Virus record (IMG/VR): IMGVR_UViG_2778261420_000023
Reading direction: 5' to 3' (one strand)
Length of the DNA stretch: 14,121 nucleotides
From: a virus
Taxonomy: Duplodnaviria > Heunggongvirae > Uroviricota > Caudoviricetes
Shown here: positions 7,950-14,121 of the stretch, in pieces
How the letters are laid out: every line of letters begins with the position of its first letter
Numbering within the stretch: position 1 is the stretch's first letter
Notes under the pieces: generated by a model
Databases searched by the model: none
Told to the model about the DNA's origin: nothing
The model's input: the letters and a program-made list of their open reading frames with translations, nothing else
Made by a program: the position numbers and the translations under genes

Positions 7950-8072
7950 GCGGGTTATAATCGCACTTTTGCGGGTTATAACTGCCGTTTTGCGGGTTAC
8001 GTGCGGGTTATTGATTTCCTTTTTATTCATGCAGTTAATGCACTTATACACAGGATAACCCGCATAACCCGC
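7950..8072. repeat. Candidate replication origin: four direct GCGGGTTA iterons, an AT-rich spacer and two inverted copies
   Basis: Direct copies start at 7950, 7971, 7992 and 8003 (21/21/11-bp spacing); AT-rich 8011-8050; inverted ATAACCCGC at 8055-8063 and 8064-8072. Immediately 3' of the primase/helicase gene. Confidence 0.6.
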
Positions 8073-8095
8073 AACTTTTTACATCACACAGGGGG

Positions 8096-10219
8096 TTAAT
8101 CTTCTGCCTCAGGCTGGAACATCAGCACGTAAAAAACATGCTGCTTCCCCCCAATTTTGCTGAGCGCCTTTTTCTTGTAACGGCGGTCGTTCCCCTTTTC
8201 CAGCATCCCCGCCGCATCAAGCGCTCTTGCAAAATGCGACGGGTTAAATCCCTGTGCGATCTCACCTTCAAACACATGCGGGAACGTGTAAAAACGGAAC
8301 TCGTCATCTTCGTTTCTGATACTCCCCTTTCTGTATCCGGCAAGTTCTTTAATCGGTAAATCACGCTCGTCGGTGTTGGGCCACGGAAGGTATCTGCTGA
8401 ATCCGAACGACGCTAAAAAAGCCTCTGCCTGTTCAACCATCTGTTTAAATTCCCTGTTACCCGTGCCGAACTCCTTCACCCAGGCATTAAAATTATGCTG
8501 TATGGCATCGCGGCACGCCTGAACATCCCAGCCAGTAATATGACCGGACAACACTAACGCCGCCTCAAGCATGGCAAATCGCTCCCCCACACGGTGAACC
8601 TGTTCGCCGTAGCTCTCCGGTATCAGGTTGCGCCACCGTTCACGGCATGCCCTTACCGTGTCCTTTGCTTCCTGCTGGTGGTTTGCCAGCCATTTAACCC
8701 ACTCTCGACCCGCCGCCCCGTGATTTTCTGTCCAGGCATCCTTTAACGCGTCTGCGTGCGCCTTTCCGGTGCTGTATTCGTGAAACTGCGTGGCTTTTTC
8801 CATCGGCACGTTAAGCAGGCGGACAAGCTGCCCCGCCTTGACTTTTATCCCCTCCGTTTTGAGGAATGTTTCAACGTCCATTTCTCCGGTGCTGATTGCC
8901 ACCGTGCGCCAGTGTTTGATCTCCCTGTTGCCGCCGTCCTTCGCCCCCTGTAATTTCCCCGAACCGTTAAACAGCGTATAGGCTGACGTGGACACCTCCC
9001 GCGCGTTTCCGGCCTGACCTATTTCATCCAGGGGTAACAGCCCGTCATTATGCGCTTCGGCCTCGTTGGCGATACCTAACGCCGTGCCGTACCAGGTCAG
9101 CCGTTGTGCGTCCGGCTCTCCCCATAAACTGGATGCGATGTTCTGTGTGGTGGTTTTCCCTGCCGATGACTGTTCGAAAAGATGTACCCCGAAGCCGTCA
9201 GCCCCCACCAGCCCGATTAATGGTGCGGATAACGATACCGCCACACCCAGCATCATGGACGGATTACCACCAGCCAGCCGCGCCACGGTATCGCGCCAAC
9301 CCTCCGCCGTTCCTGCCACGGAATAGCCATTAACAGCAGCCGTTTTTCCGGTAAACAGGGCTGGCTTTTCGCAATCACCAATGACCGAACCGTCCGGCAT
9401 GATGTACGCGCCAAAATGCCAGCCCGTTGTTGTGCTTAACTGCCATTCCTCATGGCTTCCGCTTAACTGCATCCAGTCAGCCAGGATAGCCCTGTATTTG
9501 CCGTTAGTTGTTACGTTCAGTCCGTGGTCTTTCAGCAGCCGCCAGCCGTCACGGTCGCCAATGCCACCGCACGGAACCGCCATTGTGATGACTTCATGGT
9601 TTGCTAATTTTTTCCAGCGCATCACGCGGTAATGCTCTTTACCGATTGTTCCCGTTCCCAGTAGTTCAAGCGGGGAACATAACCACGTCTCAGGCCGGAT
9701 AATTTCGCCTGACTGCTTATCCACTTTTGGCGTTACCCAGAAAACACCATCGGCGCGACTTTCAACGCGGGGCTTTAATTCATCATCGCCCTGGCTTTCT
9801 GTAATTTTTTTCTTTAAAGGCAACACCAGACTTTCCCCGCGCTCGTATTCGTCTTTGAGGCGAGGCAACTGGTCGGATAAATCCGCCGGGCTGGTGTCAG
9901 TTATCCCCGCGTATTCGTATACGGTCTTCACGCCAGCCACAGCCAGCAACGTGACGATCTGTGTAAGGCTACGTTCAGTGATGTGCCCTGCGCGGTAAAT
10001 ACGCACACACTGACGGCTATCATCAATAATTTGATAACCGGTAATATCTTTCAGGTGTTCATCTGACAGAACGACAGGTGGCACATTGTCGGCGGCAATA
10101 TGCTTACCTGCCCATTCCTGCCACTCTTTCGCATGGCTCCACGCATCACTACCTGCAAAGATGATTACCTCCGTCATTTTGTCGGCTGGCTGGTGCTTTA
10201 AGTTTGGTGCGCGCTTCAT
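8096..10219 (-). CDS. Primase/helicase-like replication initiator with P-loop NTPase domain
   Basis: 707 aa; Walker A (EQSSAGKTTTQ) and Walker B-like (GLLPLDEIGQ) motifs; N-terminal region may be a toprim/primase-type domain (EVIIFAGSDAW, unverified). ATG at 10219 overlaps the upstream stop (ATGA). Confidence 0.75.
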   Translation of the reverse strand: MKRAPNLKHQPADKMTEVIIFAGSDAWSHAKEWQEWAGKHIAADNVPPVVLSDEHLKDITGYQIIDDSRQCVRIYRAGHITERSLTQIVTLLAVAGVKTVYEYAGITDTSPADLSDQLPRLKDEYERGESLVLPLKKKITESQGDDELKPRVESRADGVFWVTPKVDKQSGEIIRPETWLCSPLELLGTGTIGKEHYRVMRWKKLANHEVITMAVPCGGIGDRDGWRLLKDHGLNVTTNGKYRAILADWMQLSGSHEEWQLSTTTGWHFGAYIMPDGSVIGDCEKPALFTGKTAAVNGYSVAGTAEGWRDTVARLAGGNPSMMLGVAVSLSAPLIGLVGADGFGVHLFEQSSAGKTTTQNIASSLWGEPDAQRLTWYGTALGIANEAEAHNDGLLPLDEIGQAGNAREVSTSAYTLFNGSGKLQGAKDGGNREIKHWRTVAISTGEMDVETFLKTEGIKVKAGQLVRLLNVPMEKATQFHEYSTGKAHADALKDAWTENHGAAGREWVKWLANHQQEAKDTVRACRERWRNLIPESYGEQVHRVGERFAMLEAALVLSGHITGWDVQACRDAIQHNFNAWVKEFGTGNREFKQMVEQAEAFLASFGFSRYLPWPNTDERDLPIKELAGYRKGSIRNEDDEFRFYTFPHVFEGEIAQGFNPSHFARALDAAGMLEKGNDRRYKKKALSKIGGKQHVFYVLMFQPEAED

Positions 10220-10530
10220 TTTGCCTTTCCCCGTTCACGAATAATTTCACGTACTGCCTTAATGCGTTCCATTCCTGTAACGCGCATGATTCTGTCGATG
10301 TCGCTTAATTCTGCTGGTGGTGCTTTGCTTACCAGGGTGAACTCCCTTTCAAAGCGCATATGCGACGACACGCAGGGATGCGCATAACCTTCGCGGATAT
10401 AGGTCACGCGAAAATCATCGACGGTTTTAATCGTTATCGTGCTGCCGTATTTATCCCGGAAAATATCGCCGGGGCGGATTTCAGGCCGAGCGGGGCCGCT
10501 GGCAGTAAAGCCAGAATTTTTCTTTTTCAT
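10216..10530 (-). CDS. Hypothetical protein
   Basis: 104-aa ORF with ATG at 10530, translationally coupled to the primase gene; no motif recognised. Confidence 0.5.
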   Translation of the reverse strand: MKKKNSGFTASGPARPEIRPGDIFRDKYGSTITIKTVDDFRVTYIREGYAHPCVSSHMRFEREFTLVSKAPPAELSDIDRIMRVTGMERIKAVREIIRERGKAK

Positions 10531-10536
10531 ATTTTT

Positions 10537-10755
10537 TTACTCCAGAGGCAGCTTTTTAGCGGCGAGCTCAATATCAGATGTCAGAGAAACCTGTGTATTT
10601 GCCAGGTCTAACAGCAAAGAAATAAGAATTTCTTCTCTGCTATCGGATTTATCGGTGCTAAGGCTGTTCATCCACATATTGACGACTTCCCTGATTTTTT
10701 TCGCAGAGTGCAGGGCTTCAAATGCCAGGTCTTCAATATCATGTTTATTTCGCAT
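10537..10755 (-). CDS. Hypothetical small protein
   Basis: Start placed at ATG 10755 (MRNKHDIEDL...), preceded by GGCGGGGGCG; overlaps the upstream gene by 11 nt. Alternative starts at 10770 and 10785. Confidence 0.4.
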   Translation of the reverse strand: MRNKHDIEDLAFEALHSAKKIREVVNMWMNSLSTDKSDSREEILISLLLDLANTQVSLTSDIELAAKKLPLE

Positions 10756-10990
10756 AATCGCCCCCGCCATTTTCACAATCAGCAATCAGGATGGCTTTAG
10801 CCTCATTCAGCGCCATATCAGCGGTAAGCTGTGCGTAAGCCAGCGAATGCGGGATTATCGCCCCTGTATATTCCGGCTCTCTGGTAATGTGTTTTTCTGC
10901 GATTGCTACCGTGCATGAAATATCAATCAGCGCGTGCATCAGCGTTTTGATGGCTTCGGCGGCTGCGTCCGGACGGGTGTTATTGCACAT
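10745..10990 (-). CDS. Hypothetical small protein
   Basis: 81-aa ORF; ATG at 10990 preceded by AGGGGGTGA SD; 11-nt overlap with the upstream gene. Confidence 0.45.
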   Translation of the reverse strand: MCNNTRPDAAAEAIKTLMHALIDISCTVAIAEKHITREPEYTGAIIPHSLAYAQLTADMALNEAKAILIADCENGGGDYAK

Positions 10991-11192
10991 GTCTCACCCC
11001 CTGAATATTCGCGTTAATCATTCCGGCACGTTCTGCGAGTTCCTGTAATGATTCCCTTGTTGCGACAATGGCTTCATCTGGCAGGTGGTAATTACACACC
11101 ACGCGACCTTTATCCACATTGACCAGTAGCTGCCCGGTAAATTTCTCACGAAACTGAACGCGGTTAAGGTCGGTAAGTGACAGGTTAATCAT
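10980..11192 (-). CDS. Hypothetical small protein
   Basis: Start placed at ATG 11192 (MINLSLTDLN...), preceded by GGGGGAAG SD; 8-nt overlap (ATGATTAA) with the upstream ORF stop. Confidence 0.45.
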   Translation of the reverse strand: MINLSLTDLNRVQFREKFTGQLLVNVDKGRVVCNYHLPDEAIVATRESLQELAERAGMINANIQGVRHVQ

Positions 11193-11388
11193 GGTCTTCC
11201 CCCTGGCGAATACGGGCAGCAAATACCATCACGCAGCCATCAGGAGATTGCTGACGCGCTTCCTGTTCGCTGGTGGCCTCAATGGTAATCACGCGCGGTT
11301 GTGCCGTGCTCAGGGCGATAAAACGCCAGATGTATTTATTCAGGTTGTACGAGTCCCGCCCTTGCGGGTGTCTGGTATAATTTCTCAT
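11185..11388 (-). CDS. Hypothetical small protein, first gene of the leftward operon
   Basis: 67-aa C-terminal segment of the long track ORF, starting at ATG 11388 with GAGG SD 6-7 nt upstream; the rest of the 370-aa ORF is judged spurious. Confidence 0.35.
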   Translation of the reverse strand: MRNYTRHPQGRDSYNLNKYIWRFIALSTAQPRVITIEATSEQEARQQSPDGCVMVFAARIRQGEDHD

Positions 11389-11464
11389 AGCTGCCTCGAT
11401 ACGCTTTCTATCGTTGGTGGTTAGACGCCCTGCATGTGTGCCACCACTGCGGGGCGTTGTTGTT

Positions 11465-11514
11465 TGGTGCATTGCACCATTCGGTTTTAACCTATCAATA
11501 AGTGAATCGCACTT
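11465..11514. promoter_or_regulatory. Palindromic operator-like sites in the divergent control region
   Basis: TGGTGCA-T-TGCACCA (11465-11479) and AAGTG-AATCG-CACTT (11500-11514); the core TGAATCGCAC recurs at 11548-11557 overlapping a TATACT -10-like hexamer (11543-11548) upstream of the plus-strand RHH gene. Confidence 0.5.
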
Positions 11515-11578
11515 CAAGCCTTTCTCTGAAATTTTTTTTGTGTATACTGAATCGCACCAACTTAGAGAGGATTCAGTA

Positions 11579-11758
11579 ATGGCAACAGGTTCAACAAATA
11601 ATAAGTCGCAACAGTTAAATGCCAGATTCCCGCATGATGTTGTTGCAGACTTAGAAAAAAATTTAGATGAAGGTGAAAGCAAGGCGCAATTTATAGTTAC
11701 TGCCGTTAAAGGTGAGATCAAACGCCGCCAGCGCCGCAAGGCCAAAGAGCAGGAGTAA
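11579..11758 (+). CDS. Small ribbon-helix-helix-like DNA-binding protein (candidate repressor/switch protein)
   Basis: 59 aa (MATGSTNNKSQQLNARFPHDVVADLEKNLDEGESKAQFIVTAVKGEIKRRQRRKAKEQE): beta-strand-then-helices pattern typical of Arc/MetJ/CopG proteins, basic tail. ATG at 11579 with GAGAGG SD 8 nt upstream. One of only two plus-strand genes called. Confidence 0.5.
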   Translation: MATGSTNNKSQQLNARFPHDVVADLEKNLDEGESKAQFIVTAVKGEIKRRQRRKAKEQE

Positions 11759-11815
11759 CCATCACCAGCGCCGTGGTGTAAGGTATTACGGCGCATTGCT
11801 ATGCAGGACAACACA

Positions 11816-11989
11816 ATGACCGATAAAGAATTGACCAAAACATTATCACCGACACGGAAAAGACGGCGCAGAAAGATAGAGCATGAATCAGAAAGATTCG
11901 CGCCATGTGCTTTTGCCCTTGAGCAATTCCTTAAAGAGTACAGGGAAAAGCGCTCATTGCAGGTATGGCAACGAACTGAACCAGACTGA
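11816..11989 (+). CDS. Hypothetical small basic protein
   Basis: 57 aa from ATG 11816 (AGGA 8 nt upstream), downstream of the RHH gene and upstream of a plus-strand terminator; no motif recognised. Confidence 0.3.
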   Translation: MTDKELTKTLSPTRKRRRRKIEHESERFAPCAFALEQFLKEYREKRSLQVWQRTEPD

Positions 11990-12055
11990 TTGCATTGCCC
12001 ACCAGCCGCAAATGTGGCATTGTTGGTGATGCTTTTGTTTTCCCTTGTTCCCACT

Positions 12056-12085
12056 GGCGACCCTTTTGCGGTCGCCTTTGTTTTG
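12056..12085 (+). terminator. Rho-independent terminator of the short plus-strand unit
   Basis: GGCGACC-cttttgc-GGTCGCC stem-loop (12056-12076) followed by TTTGTTTTG. Confidence 0.55.
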
Positions 12086-12122
12086 CCTGTTATCCGGCAA
12101 TAGTGGCGCTTCACCACACGGT

Positions 12123-12208
12123 TGATATAATTCCCCTGCACTGATCCATTTTTTTCGCAGCAGGTTAATTGTTCAGAAAGGCGGTTCCTTATCGGGGCCG
12201 CTTTTTTT
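12123..12208 (+). ncRNA. Candidate small RNA unit: extended -10 promoter plus intrinsic terminator with no ORF between
   Basis: TGATATAAT at 12123-12131 matches extended -10 consensus TGnTATAAT; an 8-bp-stem hairpin (12181-12201, two G.U pairs) is followed by seven T (12202-12208). Predicted transcript about 70 nt, antisense to read-through from alpA. Confidence 0.3.
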
Positions 12209-12349
12209 ATGCCTGAAAATACCCGATAACATGGCTTTTTAGTTTCACCAGGACGAACGAAGCCCCGCCCCTGTTCGGGCGTATATCCAGTATTCATGGT
12301 TAGATCTCTGTGTTAGTGGATGGGTGGCGGCGGTGCGCCGCCAGCCTGA

Positions 12350-12553
12350 TTAGTGAACTGCCTCGCGGCTGTCCTTCCATGCCAGAACTTCGGATAAAGA
12401 CCAGCCAACGGAACGACCGCCGAGTTTACGCCGTGATGGGAATTGTCCAGTCTTCTCCAGGCGATACCGACATGAGCGGCTCAGGCCTGTAAGTTGCTGA
12501 CATTCTTTTTCACGTATAAAGCGATCAGCGCTTAACACTATTGCCTCCGTCAT
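12350..12553 (-). CDS. alpA: AlpA-family transcriptional regulator / excisionase-like protein
   Basis: 67 aa; LTGLSRSCRYRLEKTGQFPSRRKLGGRSVGWSLSEVLAWK matches the AlpA helix-turn-helix signature (TGLSRSTIYRL..G.FP....LG.R.VGW...E...W). Confidence 0.85.
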   Translation of the reverse strand: MTEAIVLSADRFIREKECQQLTGLSRSCRYRLEKTGQFPSRRKLGGRSVGWSLSEVLAWKDSREAVH

Positions 12554-12570
12554 TTCTCAAAGAGTCATTT

Positions 12571-12600
12571 GGTGTCTTATTGTGTCGTATTGTTCCCGCT
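12571..12600. promoter_or_regulatory. Three 10-bp-phased TGTSTC/TTGTTCC repeats 18-47 bp upstream of the alpA start codon
   Basis: ggtgtcttat / tgtgtcgtat / tgttcccgct; same motif family as the arrays at 12811-12870 and 6563-6589. Confidence 0.45.
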
Positions 12601-12810
12601 AGAGTGATGAATGGCAAATATTGGTGACGGTCGTTTTACAGATATGGGGTAATTAGAATAAAAATACTTTTAATTCATTGTGATGTAGTAGCGTAAAATT
12701 TTGCTTTTACGCCTTTTTTACATATTTTTAAGAGTGATTCGCCAGTGTATAAAAAAACAGTATACATATAAAAATCAAATGGTTATGAATGAGTTTGATT
12801 TTTAATCCGC

Positions 12811-12870
12811 TTGTCCCATTTTGTTCCTTGTTGTTCGTCGTTGTGTCTCGTTGTTCCACGTTGTGTCCGT
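12811..12870. repeat. Six tandem degenerate 10-bp units (TTGTYCNNNN) just 3' of the integrase stop
   Basis: ttgtcccatt / ttgttccttg / ttgttcgtcg / ttgtgtctcg / ttgttccacg / ttgtgtccgt, exact 10-bp register. Confidence 0.6.
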
Positions 12871-12891
12871 TCTGAAAAATCACGAAAAAAA

Positions 12892-14121
12892 TTATATTTC
12901 TCTGGCTATTGGCAGTGTGGTTACGTTTTCGTGAGTACCTGCCAGTATCTCTAACCGCTCTGTCCACATGTCCAGCGCATTACGTTTCGCATCGAGATAA
13001 CGGGAGTGGTTATAGACTCGCTGCATCCCTGGCATCTGGTGAGCGGTGAGTTGTTCGACAATATGCGGATCCACGCCTAAATCATTCAGCATCGTGGTAA
13101 ACGTGCGCCGTATATCGTGTAGTGACCAGTGCGGATGGTTTAATTTTTTGTGCGTGAATCTGCCGTATTGCGACACGCTGGCTTCCTGTTTCAGTTCCCC
13201 GAGTAATAGCCCTGTGTGTCGGTTCTGCTCCACCAGCCGTGTGACGAACGGTAAAATGCTTTCCGGTATTGGCCTGAATATGGCTACCTTCGTTTTGCTG
13301 TGCTCCTTCGGTACTGTCCAGAGCATTTCCTTAAAATCCCACTCCCTGATCTCCGACAGCCTCAGTTCTCCGGTTCGGCAACCAAACACAATCAGGAGGC
13401 GGATTAGTGCGCTGTAGTAGGGCGGGAATATTTTTTTATCCAGCGCCTGTAATAATTCGCCCAGTTCTTTGTTACTAAGCACGCGTTCGCTTATGCCTGG
13501 TTTTTTACCAACGTCCACCACGTTGAGATCATCCAGAGCGTTACTGACGGCATAGCGGCGTTTACGACAGAATTTAAGCGCCTGTTTGCACGCCTGCATC
13601 ATGTGACCAGACGTTACGGGGGATTTTTTGCGTATCCGGTCAAAACAGGCCAGCCAGTGACGTAATTCGCATTTATCCAGTGGCATGTTACCGATGTGCT
13701 GTATGACGTGATTATTCAGGCGACTTTTCAGGCATACATAATCGACACGGTTTTCCTTTACGTGCGTTTCCAGCCAGTAACTGATCGCATCGCCAACCGT
13801 TACGGGTTTTAACGCTTCCTGCACAGTGTAGTTCAGTTCATGACGTGGGTTTTTCCCTTCTGCCAGCCATGCACGACACTTTGCGGCTTTTTCCCTGGCT
13901 GCTTTAAGGCTCAGATCGGGATAGTTTCCCAGCTTCAGACGTTCCGGTGTGGTATCCCTTCCCGTTCCAGCCCTGTAGGTGAAGTACCAGGTCAATTTAC
14001 CTGATGTTAAATATTTCACGCTCAGATTACCGCCATCGCTATAGAACGTATTTTTCTCCGCTGGCTTACCATAAAGTTTTCTTAACAATGTATCGTTCAG
14101 TTTGTTAAGCGCTCTGCTCAC
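12892..14121 (-). CDS. int: Tyrosine site-specific integrase, P4-type with N-terminal arm-binding domain
   Basis: 409 aa; N-terminus resembles the DUF4102 arm-binding region of CP4-57 IntA; catalytic signature present (GCRTGELR, HDIRRT, LTAHQ, RVYNHSRYL). The start is GTG at 14121..14119 on the window edge, so the true start may lie beyond the window. Confidence 0.88.
   Translation of the reverse strand: MSRALNKLNDTLLRKLYGKPAEKNTFYSDGGNLSVKYLTSGKLTWYFTYRAGTGRDTTPERLKLGNYPDLSLKAAREKAAKCRAWLAEGKNPRHELNYTVQEALKPVTVGDAISYWLETHVKENRVDYVCLKSRLNNHVIQHIGNMPLDKCELRHWLACFDRIRKKSPVTSGHMMQACKQALKFCRKRRYAVSNALDDLNVVDVGKKPGISERVLSNKELGELLQALDKKIFPPYYSALIRLLIVFGCRTGELRLSEIREWDFKEMLWTVPKEHSKTKVAIFRPIPESILPFVTRLVEQNRHTGLLLGELKQEASVSQYGRFTHKKLNHPHWSLHDIRRTFTTMLNDLGVDPHIVEQLTAHQMPGMQRVYNHSRYLDAKRNALDMWTERLEILAGTHENVTTLPIAREI

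Noticed and set aside
290-11424. Plus-strand ORFs of 60-165 aa lying inside the minus-strand genes (for example 403..798, 1990..2487, 2503..2916, 7247..7741, 10439..10918)
   Set aside because: They are antisense shadows of well-supported minus-strand genes, have low-complexity or Cys/Ser/Arg-rich translations, and lack convincing ribosome-binding sites.
11185-12297. 370-aa minus-strand ORF spanning the divergent control region
   Set aside because: The translation is Cys/Ser/Arg-rich and unlike a real protein, runs antisense to the plus-strand RHH gene and its promoter, and crosses two plus-strand terminators. Only the last 67 codons (11185-11388), which have their own SD, were kept as a tentative gene. 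The unusual length of the open frame is noted but not explained.
12310-12492. 60-aa plus-strand ORF overlapping alpA
   Set aside because: It is antisense to the well-supported AlpA gene, with no SD and no recognisable motif.
12811-12870. Possibility that the 10-bp tandem repeats are a CRISPR array
   Set aside because: Units are only 10 bp, degenerate, and directly abutting with no unique spacers; CRISPR repeats are 24-48 bp separated by spacers.
1-14121. tRNA/tmRNA gene or att core within the window
   Set aside because: No cloverleaf-capable sequence or GGTTCGAATCC-type T-arm motif was found in the intergenic regions by eye; the integration target is probably beyond position 14121.

Overview
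The window reads as one almost entirely minus-strand mobile element with the architecture of a capsid-forming phage satellite (cf-PICI-like island), not a complete prophage. Reading right to left: a P4-type tyrosine integrase (12892-14121, start at the window edge), an AlpA-family regulator, a short divergent plus-strand unit with a ribbon-helix-helix-like protein, a run of small translationally coupled ORFs, a large P-loop primase/helicase-like protein followed by an iteron-type origin, an SSB-like protein, a ProQ/FinO-domain protein, an intrinsic terminator, and then a full HK97-type head and packaging module in the order major capsid, prohead protease, portal, gp6-like connector, HNH endonuclease, TerS (P27 family), TerL. 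No tail, lysis or tRNA genes are visible. The most unusual non-coding signal is a family of 10-bp-phased direct repeats (TTGTYC / GRACAA) at three places (upstream of the capsid operon and at both ends of the int-alpA intergenic region), plus a separate phased GTCAC x5 array at the far left end. All homology calls are from motifs recognised by eye; no database or HMM search was run, and the cf-PICI assignment rests on recalled gene order.
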